From an uncultured Candidatus Binatia bacterium (lineage in GTDB: Bacteria; Desulfobacterota; Binatia; UBA9968; JAJDTQ01): DNA of 64,000 bases. The notes beneath the pieces are model-generated. The model saw nothing but the letters and a program-made list of their open reading frames with translations, had not been told where the DNA came from and searched no databases. This document shows positions 9,083 through 18,800 of this stretch, in pieces. How positions within the stretch are numbered: position 1 is the stretch's first letter; the number at the start of each line of letters is the position of its first letter. Made by a program: the position numbers and the translations under genes. Location: positions 3,328,001 through 3,392,000 of the forward strand of contig OZ219754.1 of NCBI GenBank assembly GCA_964291295.2, given 5' to 3'.

Positions 9083-10540
9083 ATGTACCGCAGATCATAC
9101 CGCTCCACATGCATGAAGGCGGCAGGCATGTCTGCCCTGCTGCTGGCCGCATTCGTGCTCTTCTCCGGGCTCGCCCCGCACGCCTCGACCAAGGCCGCCA
9201 CGGACCCCAGGCCCGCGAACCGCATCGTGGAACTGGTCAAGGCCGTGAGCCCGGCGGTGGTCAATATCACGACCAAGGGGGAGATCAGGCCGGCGGCCTG
9301 GCACCAGCGGTTCGGCCATTCCCTGCCCGAGGAATGGCGCCGGTTCTTCGAGAACTCCCCCTTCAACATGCCCAACCCGTTCAACATGCCCGAGACGCCC
9401 CGCAGGACCCGGGCATTCGGCTCCGGGGTAATCATCGACGCCAAGGGCCTCATCCTGACCAATCACCACGTCGTGACGGGACGCAAGAACACCACCATCA
9501 CCGTCACCCTGTCCGACGAGAACGAGTTCGAGGGAACGATTGTCGGCATGGACGAGAAGACCGACCTCGCTCTGGTCCGCATCAACGCCGATTATCCCCT
9601 GCCCACGGTGCCGCTGGGAGACTCGGACCAGCTGGAGATCGGTGAAGGCGTGCTGGCCATCGGCAATCCGTTCGGCCTCGACCGCACGGTCACGTCCGGC
9701 ATCGTCAGCGCCAAGGGGCGTCGTATCGGCGCCGGGCCGTACGACAACTTCATCCAGACGGATGCGTCCATCAATCCGGGCAACTCCGGAGGTCCGCTGA
9801 TCAATCATCGGGGCGAGGTGGTGGGAGTGAACACCGCCATCTACAGCCGGGGCGGCGGCAATGTCGGCATCGGCTTCGCCATTCCCATCAATCTTGTCAA
9901 GGAGCTGCTGCCGCAGCTCCAGAGCGAGGGCCGGGTCACCCGGGGCTGGCTGGGAGTCTCTTTCCAGAAGATGACGCCGCCGCTGGCGGAATCGCTGAAC
10001 CTCGACGAGGCGCGCGGCGCGCTGGTGGCCAAGGTGCTGCCCGGCACCCCGGCTCAGGAGGCGGGATTCAAGGCCGGAGACGTCATCGTGGAGTTCGACG
10101 GCAATCCGGTCGAGGAATCCCGAGATCTGCCCATGATCGTGGCCCGGGCCCCGGTGGGGCAGGACGTGGAGGTCAAGGTCGTGCGCGACGGTGAGGAACG
10201 GACCCTGACGGTGCGGATCGGCAAGCTCGAGGAAAAAACCGCGGCGGCGGCGGAGCAGAACTCCGGCCTCGGGCTCACCGTCACGGACCTCACCCCGGAT
10301 GTCGCCCGAAGGCTCTCCATGAAGCGGGCGGAAGGGGTTCTAGTGACCGCCATCGAGCCGGGGAGCCCGGCGGACGCGGCAGGGCTGCGCAAGGGAGACG
10401 TGATCCTCGAGATCAACCGCAAGCCGGTCACCACGCTGAAGGACTACAACGGCGTGGTGGAGCGGATGAACAAGGGCCAGCATGCCCTGCTTCTGGTTCA
10501 GCGGGGCGATATGACACGATTCTTCGTCGCCAGGACCTGA
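9083..10540 (+). CDS. degP: DegP/DegQ (HtrA) periplasmic serine protease with two PDZ domains
   Basis: GSGVII, LTNHHV, TDLAL, IQTDASINPGNSGGPL; two PDZ domains; signal peptide; GGAGG RBS. Confidence 0.93.
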   Translation: MYRRSYRSTCMKAAGMSALLLAAFVLFSGLAPHASTKAATDPRPANRIVELVKAVSPAVVNITTKGEIRPAAWHQRFGHSLPEEWRRFFENSPFNMPNPFNMPETPRRTRAFGSGVIIDAKGLILTNHHVVTGRKNTTITVTLSDENEFEGTIVGMDEKTDLALVRINADYPLPTVPLGDSDQLEIGEGVLAIGNPFGLDRTVTSGIVSAKGRRIGAGPYDNFIQTDASINPGNSGGPLINHRGEVVGVNTAIYSRGGGNVGIGFAIPINLVKELLPQLQSEGRVTRGWLGVSFQKMTPPLAESLNLDEARGALVAKVLPGTPAQEAGFKAGDVIVEFDGNPVEESRDLPMIVARAPVGQDVEVKVVRDGEERTLTVRIGKLEEKTAAAAEQNSGLGLTVTDLTPDVARRLSMKRAEGVLVTAIEPGSPADAAGLRKGDVILEINRKPVTTLKDYNGVVERMNKGQHALLLVQRGDMTRFFVART

Positions 10541-10640
10541 ATCCTGGAACCATGACCATGTGTCGGGATTCGGACACCCTTCACCCGGGGGCGATGGGGC
10601 GGCACGCCGTTCCACCGCCCCCTTCCCCTCTCCCATAGCG

Positions 10641-10686
10641 GGCACGGGGTTCGCATTCTTGCCAAGCTCGGGGGCGCTTGTATAAT
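10641..10686 (+). promoter_or_regulatory. Candidate promoters for the sensor kinase: sigma54-like and sigma70-like
   Basis: GGCACGGGGTTCGC (GG-N10-GC, 10641-10654) followed by TTGCCA-N16-TATAAT (10659-10686). Confidence 0.45.
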
Positions 10687-10815
10687 GGCCTTTGTCATCA
10701 TGCGATGGACTGCGGCTCACCATCCGGAAACCCGTCCGGAATCTCCCCCGGAAACCCATCGGAAACCCTGTCCGCAATCCCATCCGGAACCGCCGGGAAC
10801 CGGCCCGGAGTTCTC

Positions 10816-12525
10816 ATGAAACGCGCTTCCCTGGTTCCCTACTTTCTCGCCTCGGTACTGCTGCTGCTGGGCCTTTTCTCCGTCTACGTCTTCTACGAGA
10901 GCCGCTGGCTCCAGGAAGAACTCGTGCGCCAGGTGGAGGTCAAGGCGCTGGCCCTGACCCGGACCATGGAAACCAGTGCGAAGAAATCCATCAAGGGCAA
11001 CGCCTTGATCGAGCAACTGGTGCGCCAGCGGCTGCTGGACAACGCGCGGCTCATTGACCGGCTGCTGACCGCCAATCCCCCGGCGCGGCTGGTGCAGCGC
11101 ATCAGCGCTCTCAATGACCTTCACAAGGTGGAACTTCTGGACCGCCAGGGACGGCGCTGGGTTTCGCACACCGGAACCGGGGCGCCCGAGGTGGACGACC
11201 TGCTGGCGGGATTTCGCGAGCGCTGGTCCGGCCGCAAGGCGGCGGTGCATGTCTGGGGGCGGCTGTGGTCGCGATTTCCGGGGCAGGCGCCGGTTCTTCC
11301 CCAGCACAAGTTCTGGGAGGACAGCGTCTTCGGGGTCGCCCTGGAGGCCCGCAGCTTTCCCGGCTTCATCGCCGTTCACGCGGACGCCGCCTACATGCTC
11401 AAGCTGCAGCGCGAGATCGGCGTCCAGCGCCAGATCCAGGACCTGGGACGGCAGGACGACATCCACCACCTGGCGCTGCTGGACAACGATCTCACCGTGC
11501 TCGCCCATACCGACCCCGCCGTCACCGGGAGCCGGATGGTGGACGACCTGACCGCCAGGGCCCGCGTGACCGAGCGCTCGGCGCACCGTATCGTGGAGAC
11601 CGACAGCGGCGACCGGCGCTACGAACTGGTCAAGCCCATCACGCTGGACGATGATCCCATGGGTTTCCTGCGGATCGGGCTGTCCATGGCGGCCGTGGAC
11701 GCCACCTGGTGGCAGAGCCTCTGGTCCATGGTGGGGCTCGGATGCGGCATCCTGGTTCTGGGCATGCTCGGGTTCGCCGCGATCCTTTACAACCAGCGCT
11801 TCCACATGCAGGAGATCAAGGCCCTTGAAGCGGAGGTGGACCGCCGCGAGCACCTGTCGATGATGGGCAATCTGGCGGCCACGGTGGCGCATGAAGTGAG
11901 GAATCCGCTCAATGCCATTTCCATGGGCCTGCAACGCCTCAAGGGGGAGTTCAAGCCGACGCAGGACGAGGGCGAGTACAGCCATTTCATCGAATTGATG
12001 CGCGGCGAGGTGCACCGCCTGAACGCCATCGTGGAAGAGTTTCTCACCCTGGCGCGGCCGCTCAACATGAAGCCCGACCGGGTCAAGGTCGACCAGTTGC
12101 TGAACGAACTGACGACCCTGACCGAGGGCGACGCGGCGGCATCCGGGGTAACCATCCACGTGGTCAACCACGGACCCCGGCCGGTGGTGAAGGCCGATCC
12201 CGACTACCTCAAGCAGGTGTTGCTGAACCTCATTCTCAACGCGCTCCAGGCCATGCCCGAGGGCGGCGCGCTGACCATGGAGACCGCCACCGGCGACGGC
12301 ACTCTGCGTATTTCGGTCAGCGACACGGGGACCGGAATCGAACCGGAAAACCTGGCGCACATCTTCGAGCCCTACTTCACCACCAAGACGGAAGGTTCGG
12401 GGCTGGGCCTGGCCATTGCGCGCAGGATCATCGAAGGGCACGGCGGCACCATCGACGTCACCAGCCGGGCGCGCGGCGGCAGCCGGTTCGATATCCTTCT
12501 CCCCCTGGACCACGCTTTCACGTAG
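10816..12525 (+). CDS. Membrane sensor histidine kinase (ZraS/HydH-like)
   Basis: Two TM helices; H-box VAHEVRNPL; N-box QVLLNLILNALQAM; DTGTGI, FEPYFTTK, GSGLGL. Confidence 0.92.
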   Translation: MKRASLVPYFLASVLLLLGLFSVYVFYESRWLQEELVRQVEVKALALTRTMETSAKKSIKGNALIEQLVRQRLLDNARLIDRLLTANPPARLVQRISALNDLHKVELLDRQGRRWVSHTGTGAPEVDDLLAGFRERWSGRKAAVHVWGRLWSRFPGQAPVLPQHKFWEDSVFGVALEARSFPGFIAVHADAAYMLKLQREIGVQRQIQDLGRQDDIHHLALLDNDLTVLAHTDPAVTGSRMVDDLTARARVTERSAHRIVETDSGDRRYELVKPITLDDDPMGFLRIGLSMAAVDATWWQSLWSMVGLGCGILVLGMLGFAAILYNQRFHMQEIKALEAEVDRREHLSMMGNLAATVAHEVRNPLNAISMGLQRLKGEFKPTQDEGEYSHFIELMRGEVHRLNAIVEEFLTLARPLNMKPDRVKVDQLLNELTTLTEGDAAASGVTIHVVNHGPRPVVKADPDYLKQVLLNLILNALQAMPEGGALTMETATGDGTLRISVSDTGTGIEPENLAHIFEPYFTTKTEGSGLGLAIARRIIEGHGGTIDVTSRARGGSRFDILLPLDHAFT

Positions 12526-12592
12526 ACCCGGCCCACCGCTGCGCGGAAAAGGACGCGGGGCGGAATCCCGGAACCGGGCAAAGACGAACGAC

Positions 12593-14011
12593 ATGGCGGA
12601 ACAGGCCCAACAGGAAAAACCTCGGGTCCGGTCGTCAAGGCACGCGGCGGCGGGAGACCGCTTCCACGTCATGGTGGTGGACGACGAGCGCACCCAGCTC
12701 GAATTCGTCGGAGGTTTCCTGAGCAAAGCCGGCTTCGAGGTCGTGCTCATGGAGAGCGCCGTCCGGGCATTGAAGCGGTTTCGCGAGGAACCCTTCGACC
12801 TCGTTCTGACGGATCAGCGGATGCCGGAGATGTCCGGCCTGGAACTGCTCAAGCAGTGCCGCGGAGTGGACCCCGAGGTGGCCATCGTGATCCTGACGGC
12901 CTACGGGAGCATCGAAACGGCGGTGGCGGCGATGAAGGAGGGCGCCACCGACTATCTCACCAAACCGCTCAACCTGGAGGAACTGCTGCTGCGCATTGAG
13001 CGCGTCCGGCGCAGCCACCAACTGGTGCGGGAGAACACCGAGCTCCGGGAAGCGCTGCAGGACCGCCATCGTATCGAAGGCATCATCGGCGAAAGCGGCC
13101 AGATGCAGGAAGTGCTGGACCTGGTTCGCCGGGTGGCGCCCAGCGACGCCACCGTCCTGTTGCGGGGCGAGAGCGGCACCGGCAAGGAACTGGTGGCCAA
13201 GGCCATCCACTACGCCAGCGACCGCAGGGGCGGCTCTCTGGTGAAGGTGAACTGCGCCGCACTGCCCGAGAACCTGCTGGAATCGGAGCTGTTCGGGCAC
13301 GAGAAGGGCTCCTTCACCGGCGCCTTTGCCACGCGCAAGGGCCGGTTCGAAGTCGCCGACAAGGGCACGCTGTTCCTGGACGAGATCGGTGATCTGCCCG
13401 CCCACCTGCAAGCGAAGCTGCTGCGCGTGCTGCAGGAAAAGGAGTTCGAGCGGGTGGGCTCGAACCGCGCCATCGCCAGCGATGTCCGCATCATCACCGC
13501 AACCCACATGGACCTTGAGCAGCGCATGCGGGACGGGAGCTTTCGCGAGGACCTCTACTATCGTCTCAATGTCGTCACCATCCTCCTGCCGCCCTTGCGC
13601 GAACGCCGGCAGGATCTTCCCGCGCTGATCGACCACTTCCTCCGGAAGTTCGCGGAGAAGAACGGCAAGAACATCCAGGGCTTCTCGCGCGAGGCCCGGG
13701 AGGCATTGTTGCGCTACGATTATCCCGGCAACGTGCGCGAACTGGAGAATCTCGTGGAGCGCGCCATCGTGCTCACCCGGGACGACGTCATCGGGCTGGG
13801 GGAATTGCCGCTCACCATCAAGGAAACACGCGCCGCCACCAACAACCAGACCAATCTCTCGGCCGTGGTGGAAGGGATGGAGCGACGCATGATCGTCGAC
13901 GCCCTCCGCAACGCCGGCGGCATACAGACAAAGGCGGCCGACAGCCTCGGTATCAGCGAGCGGGCACTCCGGTACAAGCTCCGGAAATACGGCCTCCGGG
14001 ACGACAAGTGA
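12593..14011 (+). CDS. Sigma54-dependent response regulator (NtrC/ZraR family)
   Basis: Receiver VVDDE...TDQRMP; GESGTGKE; ESELFGHEKGSFTGA; LFLDEIG; FREDLYYRL; C-terminal HTH. Confidence 0.95.
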   Translation: MAEQAQQEKPRVRSSRHAAAGDRFHVMVVDDERTQLEFVGGFLSKAGFEVVLMESAVRALKRFREEPFDLVLTDQRMPEMSGLELLKQCRGVDPEVAIVILTAYGSIETAVAAMKEGATDYLTKPLNLEELLLRIERVRRSHQLVRENTELREALQDRHRIEGIIGESGQMQEVLDLVRRVAPSDATVLLRGESGTGKELVAKAIHYASDRRGGSLVKVNCAALPENLLESELFGHEKGSFTGAFATRKGRFEVADKGTLFLDEIGDLPAHLQAKLLRVLQEKEFERVGSNRAIASDVRIITATHMDLEQRMRDGSFREDLYYRLNVVTILLPPLRERRQDLPALIDHFLRKFAEKNGKNIQGFSREAREALLRYDYPGNVRELENLVERAIVLTRDDVIGLGELPLTIKETRAATNNQTNLSAVVEGMERRMIVDALRNAGGIQTKAADSLGISERALRYKLRKYGLRDDK

Positions 14012-14028
14012 AGTCCGGAAAGTCCGTT

Positions 14029-15674
14029 CAGGACTGTCCCACGCTGCGAGTTTGAGCGGGTGAGGGAGGCCTGGGTTCAGGCACTGGCGTTCTTGCGCTG
14101 TGGCAGATAGCGCTGTGGCAGATTGACATGGGGGATGTGGGAACGCATCAGCAAGGGGTCGGGCGCGATCCACGGTGAGGCACCGGAAGGGTATGCGCTG
14201 TGGGAGGTGGGGGAGGGTCGGGTGAAGCCGGAGGAGCGTTCCCGGAGGAGCGTCCGGACCGGGACGTGCTGATGGACAGGCATCCTTGTCCGGGCTTTCG
14301 CGGTCTGGCAGGCCGCGGCTTTCGTCATGCGGCGACCTTCAGAGGTCGATGGCCGGGCTTGGCGGCGTGGCAGAACGGCGCCTTCCAAGTGCCGACCGCG
14401 GGATCGTTGGAGCGGCGGACGGTCGAAGCAGCCGTTCGAGCGTCCGGGTCGGATCGCCAACCACACGCGCCTTCTGCTGCTCTCCGAGCCCGGAGTGTTT
14501 CCCAACCTTGCCTCCCGTTTCGTGGCGCCTCCCGTTTCGTGGCGCGGATGACCCGGCGGCGGGCGGGCGGTGCACGGCCATCCGGTGCTTGTGGCCGAGA
14601 CATTCCGCGATTCGGGGTTTTCCGAGGTTGTTTGCGGGCACGCTTTACAAGGCGGCGGGCCGGGCAGGCCCCGCGGGTTAGCGCGCGCCAACGGTCGTTC
14701 CACCGACCCCCACGGTCGGCGGAAGGAGACAGGGGTCAAGCCGCTGCGGCCCGACCCCCGGGCGCCGCTGTCGAATCCGCGTCCGCTGCCGTTCCACGTG
14801 GCGCCTCCGGTCGATCCCGGTCTGGCTTCCCGCCACCCGGTGGCGATGCGTTCCCAGTATGCCGAACGGGCGGTCGTGCCGGACTTCCGCCGGAACCAGG
14901 GCCGGAAGCCCGGGGTGGCCTGCGTGCTCGCCGTGCATGTGCGGTGCCGACGATCTTTTCCGGGTCAAGGCCAACGCGCCGGACACCTTCCATCTTCTCG
15001 CCCGCATTGACTGGGAGAAAGACGCCAGCGGCCACTTCGAGGAGGAACTCGACAAGCTTCCCGGTGGTCCGGAGCCGCGCTCCATCCGCGTCCCGCCCCC
15101 GCGCCGGGTCCACTACCCCGGCGTCCGCCAGATCACCCGCATCACCCGCTACGGCCAGCCCCTGCGCGAGGACGGGGACAGGGCCGGGGAAGAACACATG
15201 GAAACCGCCCATGTCCTCACCTCGCCCATGTCCTCACCTCCCTTGATGCCGCAGCGGCATCTCCGAGAGACCGGCTCCGGCTCAATCGCGGACACGGGGT
15301 CGTGGAGAACCGCAACCACCGGCAGAGGGACTGCGTCTTCGGCGAGGAGCCTGCCTGACCGGCATCGGACACGGAGCGGCCAACCGCGCCCGGGGTGATC
15401 TTCACCAACCGGCGCGACACCGAGAGCTTCACCGAAACCCGCCGACGGCTGCAACTCGACCGGGGCCAAGCCTTCGCCGCCCTGACCCGGCCACCGACGT
15501 CCCGGAACCCCAGCCCCAACCACCCCCGCAGGCCACTCCACCGCCAGGCCCATCCCCGGCTCACCCGGCCCGGCGCTCATCCCCGGAGAGTACCCCTGCA
15601 CCGACAACCGCATGAAAGGCACCTACCCCCCTCTGCCCCGCCCTCATCCCAACCCCCATCATGGGAAAGTCCTG
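14029..15674 (+). mobile_element. Degenerate ISAs1-like element with an N-terminal DUF4338 (DruA-like) region, multiply frameshifted
   Basis: Terminal inverted repeats CAGGACTGTCCCA (14029) and CAGGACTTTCCCA (reverse, ending 15674). Peptide relics in shifting frames: NHTRLLLL..GVFPNLASRF, VLVAETF, GTLYKAAG, VPDFRRNQGRK, FRVKAN, RGHGVVENRNHRQRDCVFGE. Confidence 0.7.
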
Positions 15675-15801
15675 TGTCGGGCGCGGCGCAGGTTGAAATC
15701 GGCCTGCGGACGGGTTACAGGTTGCAGCGACGGGTTTGCTGGGGTCTTGCAGGCTCGGCAGCCCGGAATTCGACAGGAATTCGGGACGGGAGGATGAGAT
15801 C

Positions 15802-18800
15802 ATGACGCGGACGCCGGGCGATGTCGGGATGTGCGACCTGCGGCAGTCCGGGCGGGGCGCGAGCGCCTCGCGCGCGAACCCCATACCCCCCCCCCCCCCG
15901 AGCACTCCGGCAACCGGTGTTCCGACAGCCGGCATTGCGAACAAACCGGGCGCGGGGCTGAGCCGGTGGGCGCCCTCGAAAGAACCGCCCGCCGCCTGAA
16001 GGCGGGACTCGCTGTCCTCTTCCTCATCGCGCTGGCCGCTGTCCTCGCACCGCAGGACGCGCAGGCGCAGGCGCAGGCGCCGGTACTTACCGCAACGCCG
16101 GGCGACGGGCAGGTCACGCTCAGTTGGACTCTGTCCAGCACCGGTGTGGGAACCAAGTGGGGGTACAAGATCAATGGCGGCGGATTTACCTGGGCTGGGA
16201 CACCCATCGCTATTCCAGGTTCCAACGCCGGCACCAGAAGCCACATGGTAACGGGCCTGACGAACGGAACCTCTTATCAGTTCATTGTCTACTTGCAGAC
16301 TGCGACCAATACAGCTTACCGTCAAAGCGGCCAAGTGAGCGCCACGCCGAATCCGCCCACCGCCGGGGTGACGCTTTCGAAGACATCGCTGACGATGATT
16401 GAGGGGAGCAGCGACACCTACACGGTAAAGCTGGACAAGGCGCCCACGGCGAACGTGACGATCACGGTGAGCGGCGCTTCGGGCGACGTGTCGGTGATGG
16501 GTTCGCCGCTGACCTTCACGCCGAGCAACTTCGGCACGGCGCAGACGATCACGGTGAACGCGGCCAGCGACGGGGACACGACGGACGACACGGCAACGCT
16601 GACGCACGCGGCGTCGAGCTCCGACACGGCCTACGGCGCCTCGCTCGAAATCGACGATGTGGACGTGACGGTGACCGACACGACGCCGACCTTCCAGCTG
16701 CTGACCGACCCGGCGGCGGTGACCGAGGGCACGGACATCAGTCTGACGGTGACCTCCGACAGGTCGATATTCGGCAACTGGCCCGTGCGCCTGACGCTGG
16801 CGGCCCGGAGTTCGAGCACTTTCACGGCGGCGGACATTGCCGGCACGCTGGGGCCGCGCGAGTTCACTGCGAACTTCGGCAGCACCAACGCCTTCGGCTC
16901 CCCCGTCCCCGGCACGACGGGCACGGTGACCATCCCGACCAGCACCGACTCGGCCACCGAGGGCGCGGAGGCCTACCGGATCACGCTGAGCCAGAGGACC
17001 ACCAACGTCACCTACGCGGTCGGCACCGATGCGACCGCCGACGGCACCCTGAACGATGCGGCGGCGACCGGGCCGACCATCACTCTCACCGCCGCGCCGG
17101 GGGACAGGCAGGTGACGTTGTCCTGGACCTATACCAACGACGACGGGGAGGCTTTTGATCACTGGCGGTACGCGCAGAAGAAAGGCGGCGGAAGCTACAA
17201 CGGCTTGGGCGAGGAGATGCCCGGCGGCAAGGCCATCCGAACGCACACCGTGACAGGTCTGGAAAACGGCGCCGCATACACTTTCAAGGTCACGCGCGGA
17301 GTCACAAGCCCCCCGCCTGTGAGGATCCAGACAACAGCACCTCCTTACTCCAACGAAGTCACCGCGACGCCGGCAGGGTCCCCCGCCAAGCCCACGGGGT
17401 TGTCGGCGGAGGCGGGCAACGGTCAGGTGACGCTGTCGTGGACGGACCCGGAGGACGATTCGATCACGGGGTATCAGGTGCAGCAGAGGAAGGGGAGCGC
17501 CGCCTGGGGCAGCTGGACCGACATTTCCGGTTCGGACGCGGACACCACGAACCACACGGTGACGGGTCTGGACAACGACAGCGCGTACCGTTTTCGCATC
17601 CGGGCGCAGAACGGCGGCGGCAACAGCGCCGCGTCGGCGGTGGTGCGGGCGACGCCGGCGGAGCCCGCTACGGCCCCCGCCAAGCCGACGGGCTTGGGCG
17701 CGACGAAGGGCGACACGTGGGTCTACCTGACGTGGACCGATCCGGGCGACGCCAGCATCACCCGTTGGGAGTACCGGCAGAAGGCCGGTACCGGAAACTA
17801 CGGTTCGTGGATGCGGATGACGGGTTCCGGCGCGGCGACGGTGAAGCACCAGATCCCGGGCCTGAAGAACGGCACGGTCTACGCGTTCAGGATTCGCGCG
17901 GTGAACGGCAACGGCAACGGCGCGGCGTCGGAGGAGGTGACGGCGACGCCGAATCCGCCGGTGGCGCCGGTGTTGACGGCAGCCACTTCAACGACCAATC
18001 GGAATCTCACGCTGACCTGGACCCATGCCGGCTCGACCGCGGTCGATTACATCGACGGCGGGGGTGCCAGCGCCGTCTGGTGGCAAACGGGGCATCGGCT
18101 GAAGGGGTCCACCACCTGGACGGCGTACGGCGGGAACGTATCCACCGCGAGGGGCAACTCCCGGCGCACCTCGTCGGCGCTCCTCGGCTCCGCTGCTCCC
18201 TACCCGAACAGAGCATCGGTGGAGGTGGCGATTCGGGCATCGGGCGATTCCTTATTGCTGGGCAGGTCGGATGTCAAGGGCCCCTGGTCGAACGAGCGCA
18301 CGGTCACGTTCATGAACACCGGTACGAACGCCCTGACGATCACCGGAGCGCCGGTGACGGTGGCGCCCGGTTCCACGGCGGTCTACAGGGTGGCGCTGAC
18401 GAAGGCGTATGCGGGGACGCTGTCGGTCGAGAGCGACGACACGGACACGGCGACGGTGAGTCCGCCGAGTCTGACGTTTACCGTGGACAACTACAGCACG
18501 GCGCAGGATGTGACGGTGACCGGGGTCAAGAACGGCACGGCGACCATCAACCACGCCTTTCGGCTGACGGGGGCCACGGTGGATGCGATACCGGATGCGG
18601 GCACGGTGGACGTGACGGTGGCGGATGCGCCGGGGGTGACGGTGTCGACGGCGGCGCTGACGGTGGCGGAGGGCGGCTCCAACACGTACACGATGCGGCT
18701 GAACACGGCGCCGTCGAGCGATGTGACGATAATGGTGGACGGCGCTTCGGGCGACGTAACGGTGGCGAATGCGACGCTGACCTTCACCACGGTCAACTGG

